From assembly GCA_964613815.1 (NCBI GenBank), contig CAZTKG010000001.1:136895-200894 (forward strand): a stretch of 64,000 bases of DNA, in the 5' to 3' direction. The position numbers were made by a program, and so were the translations under genes. Shown in pieces: positions 53,133 to 62,189 of the stretch (position 1 is the first letter of the stretch; the number at the start of each line of letters is the position of its first letter). The notes under the pieces were generated by a model. That model searched no databases. It was not told the origin of the DNA and saw nothing but the letters and a program-made list of their open reading frames with translations. The stretch is from an uncultured Gammaproteobacteria bacterium (GTDB lineage: Bacteria; Patescibacteriota; Patescibacteriia; UBA9934).

Positions 53133-55607
53133 TTATTTCTTCATCCCCTTCGGAGCCGGAGCCTTCTTTTTCGCTCCTATTCCTGATCGAATCGCGATCT
53201 CGCGTTCCACAAGGTCTCTTGGCTGACCGTAGGTGAGTCTGGACACTTCCTTCAACGCATCTGAAAGCTTCACATTCGGCTCCCCTGGCGGTACGGCCTT
53301 CATCGTAAACGGCCGCTCCTGGGAGTTGTCGATGATCATCTTCACATTCCAGGTAAACATGCCGGTGTTCATGAGGTCATACGGGCTGAATGTCGGCTCG
53401 AAGATCTTTCCAAGCACATCTGTATCCTCTGGCCCCACGCGCGCGACGAACATGGAACCAACGTTTCCAAGTACAGCGTCGCGGATTTCGGTCTTGCCGT
53501 CTTTGACGAGCTGCCCCATGTATTGGTGCGCGAGGACCAACGATAGCCGGTACTTTCGGGCTTCTGATAAGATCGTGGCGATAGATGGCGTAATGAAGTT
53601 CTGGAACTCGTCGATGTAGAGAACAAAGTCTTTTCGGTCTTCTTCTGCCATGTCTGCGCGGCCAAAGGCGGCCATTTGGAGCTTGGCGACGAGGATGAGA
53701 CCGAGGAGGTTTGCGTTGACTTCTCCTGTTTTTCCTTTGGAGAGGTTGACGAGGAGGATCTTGCCTTCGTCCATGATCTCTCGGAAGTTGAAGGCACTCT
53801 TGGTTTGTCCGATGATGTTTCGCATCATCTCGTTTTCGACGAAGCGGCCGACTTTGGATGATAGATACCCCATCATTTCAGACTTTTGATGGTCGCTCGT
53901 GTTTGCCATTTCGTCTTCCCAGAAGCTGCGGACGACCGGGTCTTTGACCTTTGCGATCCACTTGTCCTGGAAGGCTTTGTCGGCGATCATGCGAGGGATT
54001 TCGACGATGGTTCCCGGGTTTTTAACGTCGGCCATGAGCGTGAGCATGTAGTTTCGCATGCTATGTTCGAACATTGGGCCGATCATTTCTGGCGGGAACA
54101 GCATGTAGAAAATGCTGATCATCTCTTGGACGACAAAGTCTCGCATGGCAGCATTTGGCGCTTCGAGCATATTGAGACCCATTGGCCGGTCCATGTCTGA
54201 TGGGTTGAAGTAGATCACGTCGTCGATGCGCTCTTTCGGGATCATGCCCATGAGAGAGTCGACGAGGTCGCCGTGTGGGTCGATGACAGCTACGCCCTTG
54301 CCGGCCTTGATGTCCTGCGCGGCCATATAGCGGACAAAGTAAGACTTACCGGACCCGGTTTTACCGATGACATAAGCATGTCGACGGCGGTCCTTGTCCT
54401 TCATGTAGATCTCGGTCTTTGTGCCGCGGTACTCGTTGAAGCCGATGTGGAGACCCTCTGTTGGGATCGTGGTTGGCGGTGGTTGCACACGGGCGCCGAG
54501 CCATTCGATGTTTGGCGTGTCCATGCTTGGAAGCGGGAGATGCCAGACACTTGCTAGCTCTTCGATGTTTAGTACTGACTTGTATTTTTCATGGAAACGA
54601 CGGTAGACAAAATCCTGAACCAGTCTTGATGTGGAAGACGGGATGTTCTTGCTGAATGCGTTGCCGTATTCGTAGATGTTGTACTGACCATATGCCTGAA
54701 GGACCTGGTTGAGGTTTGCTTCTATGGATTGTGGGCTTTTTCCTGCGACGAGAATGCGAATGTTTACGTCCAAACCAGCCTTACTTGCTTTTGTCTCCAT
54801 GCCTTCCATCATTTTCTGATCTGCCTGACTATGCTTGTGCTCGCGTCGCTGTTGCAGTTCTTGGTCTTGTGATTTCTGTGTTACATGCCAGCCTTTGTAC
54901 CAACGCGTCCCACCTTTTCTCGCCTTGTCGAACGTCATCCCCTTGTTCATATCTTTCACAATGCGCGTCCCATTGTACCGCCAGCGTTTTGGCGCTGATC
55001 GGATGATGTACTGGATAGCTACCCCCTCGCCCTCCGGGATCTTACTTAGAGCGTTTGTTACTGCGTTGAGCGGGTCTCCTTCGATTTCTTTGTATGTTTT
55101 GATTGGGAGACCGTCTAAACGTCGCAGCGTCAAATATCCTCCACCTACCGATCCTGTTGGGGTGAAGATGTTGAAGTCTTCTACTTCTTCGATGTGAGCG
55201 TCTGGATATTGTGCGTGAAGTTGTTGCTCTAGGAATTGCTGCAGGAACTTAGGAACCGTTATGTAGAAATAGATGAGTCCATCTTTACTGACGATTTCTA
55301 GTGCCATCTCGTCTGTGCGACCGTAGAGCCAGGCTTTGATTCCGTACTGTGCCTTGAGGCCTCCGAGGGCTGCGAAGAAGGTTTCTGTTATGGCGATGTC
55401 CTCGTTCATCTGCTGGGCGTTTGATGGGCCCTTAATGTCGTCTGCGTCGCGAATCTTTGGGACGAGTATTTTTAGCGTCACCGTGGAATGCTTACCTGCG
55501 CGGACGCGGACCTGTTTGCGTATGTAGAGGCGTGCGCTAAAAACCACGACGATGATTGCGATGAAGATACCGAATAGTACGGCAAAAAGAGTGATTACAG
55601 CTTCCAT
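53133..55607 (-). CDS. Membrane-anchored T4SS-like ATPase of the VirB4/VirD4 (FtsK-HerA fold, AAA-like/DUF87, TraG-D_C-like) superfamily, 824 aa
   Basis: N-terminal TM. Walker A at mid-protein (HAYVIGKTGSGKSYF). AVIDPHGDL. Walker B-like FVLYIDEFQNFIT...ARKYRLSLVLAHQYMGQL resembling the TraG-D_C/VirB4 C-terminal motifs. K-rich tail. Confidence 0.5.
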   Translation of the reverse strand: MEAVITLFAVLFGIFIAIIVVVFSARLYIRKQVRVRAGKHSTVTLKILVPKIRDADDIKGPSNAQQMNEDIAITETFFAALGGLKAQYGIKAWLYGRTDEMALEIVSKDGLIYFYITVPKFLQQFLEQQLHAQYPDAHIEEVEDFNIFTPTGSVGGGYLTLRRLDGLPIKTYKEIEGDPLNAVTNALSKIPEGEGVAIQYIIRSAPKRWRYNGTRIVKDMNKGMTFDKARKGGTRWYKGWHVTQKSQDQELQQRREHKHSQADQKMMEGMETKASKAGLDVNIRILVAGKSPQSIEANLNQVLQAYGQYNIYEYGNAFSKNIPSSTSRLVQDFVYRRFHEKYKSVLNIEELASVWHLPLPSMDTPNIEWLGARVQPPPTTIPTEGLHIGFNEYRGTKTEIYMKDKDRRRHAYVIGKTGSGKSYFVRYMAAQDIKAGKGVAVIDPHGDLVDSLMGMIPKERIDDVIYFNPSDMDRPMGLNMLEAPNAAMRDFVVQEMISIFYMLFPPEMIGPMFEHSMRNYMLTLMADVKNPGTIVEIPRMIADKAFQDKWIAKVKDPVVRSFWEDEMANTSDHQKSEMMGYLSSKVGRFVENEMMRNIIGQTKSAFNFREIMDEGKILLVNLSKGKTGEVNANLLGLILVAKLQMAAFGRADMAEEDRKDFVLYIDEFQNFITPSIATILSEARKYRLSLVLAHQYMGQLVKDGKTEIRDAVLGNVGSMFVARVGPEDTDVLGKIFEPTFSPYDLMNTGMFTWNVKMIIDNSQERPFTMKAVPPGEPNVKLSDALKEVSRLTYGQPRDLVEREIAIRSGIGAKKKAPAPKGMKK

Positions 55608-55608
55608 G

Positions 55609-56130
55609 TTAGATCGCGTTAGGGTCTTCTTCTTCTGAAGGCGCGAAATCTTTTACGACCAGCATAACGCCGTCCGTTTTTCGTTTTGCCTCCTGTTCTA
55701 AATAATGTGTACTTACATTTGGGATGAGCTTTAGCCAGTCACGAATAAGCTCGAGAATTTCTGGTTTTTTGATTTTTCCCGTTGCATGCATTTCCATGAC
55801 CGACACTGCGACGGCCTCGCCCTTTTCTTTGAATGTCGGCTGTATTTCTGGGGTTAGCTCTAAATAGATCTCTTTGAGATCTTTTGCAAGCACCTCTTCT
55901 AGCGCGTTTTGAAATTTGCGCTCGCTTGGCTCTTCCTCGACTGGCGAAGCAGCTTCTGGCTGAGGTGCTTGCGACTCAGGAGTGAGGGCCGATTCTTGCT
56001 GTGGCAGGTTTTGATCCTCAATGTCTTCTGCGCTCGCCGGCGCTGGAGGAGCCTCCTTCGTCTCTTTTGACTCGGGCGCGAGCCCCTTTCCTAGGTCTGG
56101 GGATGAGATGAATTCTTCGTTGTCTGGCAT
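55609..56130 (-). CDS. Hypothetical protein (173 aa) with an acidic/Pro-rich N-terminal low-complexity region, co-operonic with the ATPase
   Basis: Its stop lies 1 nt from the ATPase start. Confidence 0.4.
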   Translation of the reverse strand: MPDNEEFISSPDLGKGLAPESKETKEAPPAPASAEDIEDQNLPQQESALTPESQAPQPEAASPVEEEPSERKFQNALEEVLAKDLKEIYLELTPEIQPTFKEKGEAVAVSVMEMHATGKIKKPEILELIRDWLKLIPNVSTHYLEQEAKRKTDGVMLVVKDFAPSEEEDPNAI

Positions 56131-56167
56131 AGCGTTGTTTGTGGGTATGATATCACATCCTCGCTAT

Positions 56168-56216
56168 TCCCATCTCGACTGAAATGGAGAGATCTCTCCG
56201 CAAGGTCGAGATGGGA
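56168..56216. repeat. REP-A palindromic element, short form
   Basis: TTCCCATCTCGACTGAAATGGAGAGATCTCTCCGCAAGGTCGAGATGGGAAT. Confidence 0.85.
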
Positions 56217-56222
56217 ATATGA

Positions 56223-57611
56223 CTATCTAATAGGTCGCACCTTCTGCCCTCCGGGCGTATCTTCGACGATATAGCCCGCCGCCTTGATCTCGTCACGAAT
56301 CCTGTCTGTCGCCTCCCAGTCCTTTGCTTCTCGCGCGTTTTGCCGATTATTGAGGAGCTTTTTGATCTCTTCTGGAATCGATTTCTCCTCTGCGATCGAT
56401 GCTTTTAGATTTAGCCCGAGGACCTTGTCCATCTCGAGAATCGTGGCGAGCTTATCTGGTTTTGATAGGGATTGGTCTTTTGTGAGATCCCAGAGTGCAG
56501 CAAGGGCGCTTGCGGTGTTGAGGTCGTCGTTCAACGCTGATGTGAACTTCTCTATGTCTGGCTCTGATAGCGCTCCGATGTCTGCGCCGAGATTCCAAAT
56601 GACGCCCTGTAAGTTGTGGAGCGCGTTGCTTGCGGCCTCGAGCGCCTCCCAAGTGAAATTTAGCGGTGATCGGTAGTGGGCAGTGAGGCAGAAATACCTG
56701 TAGGCGATGGGACCGTAGCCATGCTCTTCGACATCGTTGATAGTGAAAGCGTTACCAAGTGACTTGGACATCTTGCCACCATTGACTTGGATAAAGTCGT
56801 TGTGGAGCCACCATTTTGATAACTCGTGACCGCGCGCGCCCTCTGTTTGCGCCATTTCATTTGGATGGTGGACGGGGATGTGATCGATACCTCCGGTATG
56901 AATGTCGAATGGCGTGTCGAGATATTCTTCGCTCATGGCGGAACATTCTATGTGCCAGCCTGGAAAACCGGTGCCCCAGGGGGACTCCCATTCCATGTCT
57001 CGTTTTGTGTCTTGTGGTGAGAGTTTCCAGAGCGCGAAGTCTGAAGGGCTTCGTTTTTCGCTGTTGATGGCGACCCGACTTCCCTCTTGTTTTTCGTCCT
57101 GTTTTTGCCCGTCCAGCTTGCCGTAGCCTTCGAGTTTTGTGGTGTCGAAATACACGCCGTCCGATGTTTTGTAGGCGTAGCCGTTTTTTTCTAGATCTTG
57201 GATGAGGGCGATTTGCTGCGGGATATGGTCGGTTGCACGCGGCATGACATGTGGGTCGAGGATGTTGAGCTTTTTCATGTGCTCGAGGAAGATCTTGGTG
57301 TAAGCCTCGGCGATTTCCCAGGCGGACTTCCCCTCCTTCTTCATGGCAACGATCATTTTGTCCTCGCCGGCGTCAGCATCATCCGTTAGATGTCCGACGT
57401 CGGTGATGTTCATAACCATGCGGACCTCGTATCCGTTCATTTCCAAAACTCGGCGGAGAACATCGTCGAAGATGAAAGCACGGAAGTTGCCGATTGTCGG
57501 GATTTGATAGACGGTTGGACCACAACAGTACAAGCTCACTTTCCCTTGATTGATTGGGGTAAACTCGTCTTTGGAGCGAGTGAGGGTATTGGTGAGCTTG
57601 AGTGTATTCAT
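56223..57611 (-). CDS. cysS: Cysteinyl-tRNA synthetase (class I), with HIGH replaced by TIGN
   Basis: CGPTVYQIPTIGNFRAF (Zn-Cys plus HIGH-position motif), Zn ligands WHIECS, KMSKS motif, anticodon-binding C-terminal domain. Start taken at MNTLKLTNT (ATG 57611). Confidence 0.85.
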   Translation of the reverse strand: MNTLKLTNTLTRSKDEFTPINQGKVSLYCCGPTVYQIPTIGNFRAFIFDDVLRRVLEMNGYEVRMVMNITDVGHLTDDADAGEDKMIVAMKKEGKSAWEIAEAYTKIFLEHMKKLNILDPHVMPRATDHIPQQIALIQDLEKNGYAYKTSDGVYFDTTKLEGYGKLDGQKQDEKQEGSRVAINSEKRSPSDFALWKLSPQDTKRDMEWESPWGTGFPGWHIECSAMSEEYLDTPFDIHTGGIDHIPVHHPNEMAQTEGARGHELSKWWLHNDFIQVNGGKMSKSLGNAFTINDVEEHGYGPIAYRYFCLTAHYRSPLNFTWEALEAASNALHNLQGVIWNLGADIGALSEPDIEKFTSALNDDLNTASALAALWDLTKDQSLSKPDKLATILEMDKVLGLNLKASIAEEKSIPEEIKKLLNNRQNAREAKDWEATDRIRDEIKAAGYIVEDTPGGQKVRPIR

Positions 57612-57717
57612 ATGGAGGGAATGATAACGGGAAAGTGGGAGGTATGGCAATGATATCCGCCTTGACAATATGCATTTTTTCTGGTAAGCCTTCTCCCTGC
57701 TCATTCAGGATACAAAC

Positions 57718-58296
57718 ATGAAAACCTTTCTCATCCGCGTTCTCCCTGTTCTCGCCCCGTTTCTGGGAATCGTGCTCTGCGTTGTGAGTATATTTTCGAA
57801 GAAGCTTGATCTTTCACTGATCAACCTCCCCTTGTTCGTCGTGTACCTTCTTCTTGGGTTCGTTCTCGCTCCGGTTTATGCGCGGCTCTATTCTTCTGTC
57901 ACGCAAGACGCTGAATATCTACACGCCTTGACACGAGTCTCTACAACTGACTCCGAGCTGGAGCCAGACGTGGAGCGGCTGTCAAAAGTCACCTTGAAGA
58001 TGAAACATATGCTGCGTCTATTTTTCATCTCTGAGCGTCGCCGCGCGCTTCTCTATATGCAGGCAAAGGCGCTCATTAGCCTTGCCTTGATGGAATCGAT
58101 GGATCGTCGCGCACTCATCGAGATCGCTGGCCAGTTTTACAAGCTGGTTGATACCATGTCGCCCGCGTCATTAGATCGACTGTTTCTGGATGTTCCTGGT
58201 GTCGAAGATGCAGCCAAACGCATGCGATCTGCGCGACCAATCTCGAACATGAAAAATTCGGATTGTGAATCAATGCTGCGGTCAATCTCCTCGTAA
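57718..58296 (+). CDS. Small two-TM membrane protein with a cytoplasmic helical domain (192 aa); member 1 of an 8-gene tandem array
   Basis: Own promoter (TTGACA...), terminator (CTGAGACCTTGAGTCTCAG plus T-run). TM hairpin in the first 60 aa. Confidence 0.5.
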   Translation: MKTFLIRVLPVLAPFLGIVLCVVSIFSKKLDLSLINLPLFVVYLLLGFVLAPVYARLYSSVTQDAEYLHALTRVSTTDSELEPDVERLSKVTLKMKHMLRLFFISERRRALLYMQAKALISLALMESMDRRALIEIAGQFYKLVDTMSPASLDRLFLDVPGVEDAAKRMRSARPISNMKNSDCESMLRSISS

Positions 58297-58313
58297 ACGC
58301 TTGGAGCTCCGCT

Positions 58314-58343
58314 ATCCTGAGACCTTGAGTCTCAGTTTTTGTT
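58314..58343 (+). terminator. Rho-independent terminator
   Basis: CTGAGAC-CTTGA-GTCTCAG, then TTTTTGTTT. Confidence 0.55.
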
Positions 58344-58404
58344 TCACTATTGATCTCTGCCCATTTTTCTGCTAGCCTTAGCACGCACCTCCCACGGAGA
58401 ACCC

Positions 58405-58902
58405 ATGTCTCAAATGCTCAAAAGCCCTGCTCTCCTCATCGTTCAATGGGCCCTCTGCGCCGGCTCCATCATCTCGGCTATCATCTTCGGCATACTGTGG
58501 ATGGAAAATCCCGCGCTCGCCTTCATCCCGATGATCTCCACGTTCACGTTCGTCATCCTTGCGCTCGCGGTCAGTGGATATGCGACGGTCCGGAACATGC
58601 AGCTCATGAAGAGCGCCTCACTGAGCCTCTGCGATCTGGCTCGCGCTATCAAGCAGGACGCCACCGGCCTGTTCACGGCCGAGTACTTCCTCGGTCTGGC
58701 CAATAACGCAGCGACTGCCGAGGAGTTCGGAGGCCTGATCGATGATCACGGTCTCGCCGCCGCGCTCAGCGCATTCAACTACAAGAACCCGAACTTCCGG
58801 CTCCGTCGCCCGCTGCAGAAGGTCTACATGGAGCGCATTCGGGCGTACCGCGACGCACCTCCGCTCACCGCAGCGCCGACCGAGGCCGATGGCGGCGTCT
58901 GA
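58405..58902 (+). CDS. Small two-TM membrane protein (165 aa); array member 2
   Basis: Promoter TTGATC-N17-TAGCCT. Ribosome-binding site GGAG. Terminator hairpin GTGAGGCAAGTGCCTCAC. Confidence 0.5.
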   Translation: MSQMLKSPALLIVQWALCAGSIISAIIFGILWMENPALAFIPMISTFTFVILALAVSGYATVRNMQLMKSASLSLCDLARAIKQDATGLFTAEYFLGLANNAATAEEFGGLIDDHGLAAALSAFNYKNPNFRLRRPLQKVYMERIRAYRDAPPLTAAPTEADGGV

Positions 58903-58939
58903 TCTCTCGTGAGGCAAGTGCCTCACTCGCCCAGCAATG

Positions 58940-59010
58940 GGTGATTTTTTATATGCCGGGGGCATATAAACCCTTCGTAGCTCTACGAGCGAAGAACGGG
59001 TGGACACCCC
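58940..59010. repeat. REP-C partial copy in reverse orientation (TTTTTTATATGCCGGGGGCATATAAACCCTTCGTAGCTCTACGAGCGAAGAACGGGTGG)
   Basis: Its reverse complement aligns, at about 80 percent identity, to 62890-62950 (CCATTCTTCGCTGAAGCTTCGAAGGGTTCATATGCCCCCGGCATATGAAAAAAATCACC). Confidence 0.65.
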
Positions 59011-59197
59011 GCAGGATCGAGGCAGGAATCGATGCACCGTACCTATACAGCTTCGCAACCTCCTTGTCGGCCTGTGCGACCTCGGCGCCGGGAGCATCTT
59101 CGCGGCGCATCCAGAAGCGCCGAGATTCGGAGAGAGCTCGCCAGGAGCTGGCAAGCACTGGTTGAGACTTGATCACCCGTTTGGGTGTTTTTTTCTT

Positions 59198-59232
59198 GAC
59201 ATCACGCAAGAAATCAGCCTAGTATGTAGTGT
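59198..59232 (+). promoter_or_regulatory. Sigma70-like promoter TTGACA-18-TAGTAT, with ribosome-binding site AAGGAGG, for 59252..59758
   Basis: cTTGACAtcacgcaagaaatcagccTAGTATgtagtgttctttgccAAGGAGGcaacGTG. Confidence 0.55.
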
Positions 59233-59251
59233 TCTTTGCCAAGGAGGCAAC

Positions 59252-59758
59252 GTGGCTGATCGTATTTATCGCGGCAACTGGTCTGACTTTCTTTTCACCG
59301 GCATGATCCTCATGGTTGGCGGCGCTTTCCTCTTGGCGAGTAGCGCGGATAGCCATGGCGAGCTTGTCGTGTTCATTCCGGTAGGTACCGGCATGGTTCT
59401 CCTGATTGCCTCCGCCTGCTGCATTTTCGGGCTCTCCGCAACGCATGCGAAGTCCCTCGAGAGCCTGCACGAGACGACGTGGTACCTCATCCATCACCTG
59501 TGCCATGCAGATGCTCGTCACCCCATGTTCGATACGTGGGCGCGGCGTATTCTGGAGAACTGTGACCAGATCGGCATGCATGCAGAGGAGTTTGAGAAGC
59601 TCTTGCGCGGCGATGGGATTCTGTCTCAGATCAACACCTTTCTCTATCTCAATTCCGACTTTGAGATGAGTCGCGGCCTGAACGAGGTTCTGCGGCGGCT
59701 CGTCAAGGAGTACCGCCAGTCGCTCGAAGGCGCCGAGCCGGATGAGCAGGCGGTCTAG
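59252..59758 (+). CDS. Small two-TM membrane protein (168 aa, GTG start); array member 3
   Basis: AAGGAGG-4 nt-GTG. The track ORF starts at 59000, upstream of the promoter and terminator. TM hairpin FLFTGMILMVGGAFLLA / VFIPVGTGMVLLIASACCIFGL. Confidence 0.5.
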   Translation: MADRIYRGNWSDFLFTGMILMVGGAFLLASSADSHGELVVFIPVGTGMVLLIASACCIFGLSATHAKSLESLHETTWYLIHHLCHADARHPMFDTWARRILENCDQIGMHAEEFEKLLRGDGILSQINTFLYLNSDFEMSRGLNEVLRRLVKEYRQSLEGAEPDEQAV

Positions 59759-59870
59759 ACTTCCTTTTTTGGGGAGTTTTTTTATTTTCTCATCGTCTCA
59801 TTCCCTATTTCGCAGCACGCTACATGGAGGTAGGTTGAATGACGGAGAGCGATGATTCAGCGACCCACGC

Positions 59871-59899
59871 TTGACAACCCCTCCATTTTTTGCTAGCAT
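59871..59899 (+). promoter_or_regulatory. Sigma70-like promoter TTGACA-17-TAGCAT for 59949..60401
   Basis: Read directly. Confidence 0.55.
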
Positions 59900-59948
59900 T
59901 CTCAGCTGTTGATACAGTAAAATCAGCCCTTTCCACGGAGACAACGCC

Positions 59949-60401
59949 ATGCGTAGCCCCTACCTGTACCTCATCCCCCTCAGCGTTCTCCTCTCTTCCG
60001 GCGTCTTTGCGTTCGGGACCCACATGAGCCTTCTCCACATCCTCGCCGGCCTCCTTGCTGTTGGCCTCTCTACTGCCGGCGCTGTCTACCTCGCCGGATT
60101 GGCCACCGATCTACGGAGCGCCATGTTCGACAGCATGGACGACAGCGCGCGGTTCATCGGAACTCGCCAGTACTGCGAGCTGCGTATCCGAGCGTTCCTG
60201 AACCGCGCCGTGCTCTGTATGAGCCCGAGTGAGTTCCAGGACCTTCTCGGCGCCGAGCGGATGGGACCCCACATCCTCCCCGCGCTCGCGATCTTCGTCG
60301 AGCGCAATCCGGAATTCGAGCTCCGCGCTCCTCACCGGCGCGCGATCATGTCGGCCGTGACTCAGCACCTCCTGCGCTCAAGCGAGATCGCTGTCGCATA
60401 G
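59949..60401 (+). CDS. Small two-TM membrane protein (150 aa); array member 4
   Basis: Ribosome-binding site GGAG. TM hairpin. Terminator CGCCCGTTCTTGGGCG plus T7. Confidence 0.5.
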   Translation: MRSPYLYLIPLSVLLSSGVFAFGTHMSLLHILAGLLAVGLSTAGAVYLAGLATDLRSAMFDSMDDSARFIGTRQYCELRIRAFLNRAVLCMSPSEFQDLLGAERMGPHILPALAIFVERNPEFELRAPHRRAIMSAVTQHLLRSSEIAVA

Positions 60402-60404
60402 CTC

Positions 60405-60432
60405 TTCGCCCGTTCTTGGGCGGTTTTTTTAT
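60405..60432 (+). terminator. Rho-independent terminator
   Basis: CGCCCG-TTCT-TGGGCG plus TTTTTTT. Confidence 0.6.
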
Positions 60433-60486
60433 TGATACCTCTTGGCACCATCACCCTTTCATGGGTGATTTTTTTCCTAGATCTCC

Positions 60487-60518
60487 TTGACATTTCTCGT
60501 GTTTTCCTGTTTTATAAC
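60487..60518 (+). promoter_or_regulatory. Sigma70-like promoter TTGACA-18-TTTATAAC for 60543..61019
   Basis: Read directly. Confidence 0.5.
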
Positions 60519-60542
60519 CCTCCGTTCATTCTAGGAGCACCC

Positions 60543-61019
60543 ATGGAAATCCATCTCAATTCCGTTGACTCACTATTCACCAAACGCGGCCGCGCTTTTC
60601 TCGCGACGTTTGGCTGCTTGATGATGTGCCTGCTCATCATGGCTGCGTTCAGCGCGAGCGATAAAAGATCCGCGACGCTCCTCGTGATCCCACTTGGGCT
60701 GATGGGAGGATATGTTCTCGACTACTACATGAAGCGAGAAAGTGAGCATCAACTCGTCTTTGACGCTATGCAAGCGCAGATTCCCATGCTTGCCTTGGAT
60801 CTTCGGGGGCTGGAAGCAAATGACCGACGATTTCCGGATCGCGTGAAGCACCTTCTTTCTTGCGCAGTTCTCAGCATGGAACCTGCTGACCTGATCCTTG
60901 TTCTGGAGCGCGCATGCGTTTTTCATCCCGTGCACGAGTATATTCAGACCTTGAATCGGTCGAATGTCTCGCCCGCATCGCTTGCGCGTATGATGGAAGA
61001 GATCCTGGATCACCCATGA
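60543..61019 (+). CDS. Small two-TM membrane protein (158 aa); array member 5
   Basis: AGGAG-6 nt-ATG. The track ORF starts at 60432. Confidence 0.5.
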   Translation: MEIHLNSVDSLFTKRGRAFLATFGCLMMCLLIMAAFSASDKRSATLLVIPLGLMGGYVLDYYMKRESEHQLVFDAMQAQIPMLALDLRGLEANDRRFPDRVKHLLSCAVLSMEPADLILVLERACVFHPVHEYIQTLNRSNVSPASLARMMEEILDHP

Positions 61020-61118
61020 GCTCTCAACGTGATCGCACCTCCCGGTAACGGGCGGTTTTTCTTTTTCCTTGACGCCTTCCTAATAAACTGCTAATGTTCC
61101 ACGTTCTTTGGAGCTATC

Positions 61119-61397
61119 ATGTTTCTTCCCATTCACTTGACTATTCCCACGGCACTGCTCTGGATCGTGGTCGGCTGCTTCCTTGCCCACGGTGTCTGGC
61201 TTGGTCATCATGTTTTCTGGGCCGCCATCGCTGTGCATGTCGTGATGGGGATCACCGGAGCCCTGTGCGTATTCAAGCTCACCACCGAAAACGAGCGTTC
61301 TCGCATGTTCATGCGCCTCTTTTCTGTGATCTCATCTGATCCCGGACTTGATGCGTCCAAGCTTCCGCGTCCTCCCCTTGAGGTTGATGACCCCTGA
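61119..61397 (+). CDS. Small two-TM membrane protein (92 aa); array member 6 (truncated form)
   Basis: Promoter TTGACG-N17-TAATGT, ribosome-binding site GGAG, terminator ACCCCCAAACCGGGGGT. Confidence 0.45.
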   Translation: MFLPIHLTIPTALLWIVVGCFLAHGVWLGHHVFWAAIAVHVVMGITGALCVFKLTTENERSRMFMRLFSVISSDPGLDASKLPRPPLEVDDP

Positions 61398-61401
61398 TGA
61401 C

Positions 61402-61427
61402 AACCCCCAAACCGGGGGTTCTTTTTA
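61402..61427 (+). terminator. Rho-independent terminator
   Basis: AACCCCC-AAAC-CGGGGGTT plus a T-run. Confidence 0.6.
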
Positions 61428-61518
61428 TCAATCATATCGCTCGCCTACTGGTAGACGATATGCTTGACTTTTTGGCTATTTTGACCTAATCTCTGGCTAC
61501 CTGTTCTTTGGAGGTGCG

Positions 61519-62103
61519 ATGAAGCACATCAAGTATCGTCGAGTCCTTCAGGTCATGCTGGGACTGATCCTGCTCCTGTGTATCGTCAGCCACATTGTGA
61601 AAGGCGTAGACCTCGCCCTCTTCAGCGGCCTGATCACTGCTGTTGTTCTCTGGAAGCTACGGAAGCACCCGCTTGACCATCTTCCTGGGCTGCTGCGATC
61701 ACGATATGAGCAACTGCTTGGAGATCGCTATCTGCCGCTGCATCGTGATCAGCATCCGTTTATGAATCAGGCGCTGCGTGGACCAGCAGCAGATCTTCCG
61801 ACAGAGCTGTATGCCCATCATCTTTTCGAGAGCGCCTCTCGACGCGGAGTCGTTATCGGTCAGATGTTTGCGAGGCTACTTCGACTTGCCGACGAGCAGA
61901 TGAACGATGGAAATCCTGCATTTGCAGACAAGCTCCTCGATGAGGCAGCGCGGATCGTTGTCGCCTTGAAGCCTGATGTTGCGCAGCAAGTTGTCGAGGT
62001 CGAAAAGCTCGCTCCGATCGTACGCGCTATGATGACTCCTCAGCGGTATGACAAGGTTCCCCGCCCGTGGGCTGAAGCGCTTTCGGCGGCGAGTGGGGAC
62101 TGA
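61519..62103 (+). CDS. Small two-TM membrane protein (194 aa); array member 7
   Basis: Promoter TTGACT-N17-TAATCT, ribosome-binding site GGAGG, terminator GAGCCGATTTCGGCTC plus T-run. Confidence 0.5.
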   Translation: MKHIKYRRVLQVMLGLILLLCIVSHIVKGVDLALFSGLITAVVLWKLRKHPLDHLPGLLRSRYEQLLGDRYLPLHRDQHPFMNQALRGPAADLPTELYAHHLFESASRRGVVIGQMFARLLRLADEQMNDGNPAFADKLLDEAARIVVALKPDVAQQVVEVEKLAPIVRAMMTPQRYDKVPRPWAEALSAASGD

Positions 62104-62105
62104 TT

Positions 62106-62131
62106 CTGAGCCGATTTCGGCTCTTTTTTTA
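62106..62131 (+). terminator. Rho-independent terminator
   Basis: GAGCCGA-TTT-CGGCTC plus TTTTTTT. Confidence 0.6.
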
Positions 62132-62189
62132 TTGACTTACTTCATTATTTGTGCCATCTTAATGATCTGCACCTTCCCCTGGAGAGACT

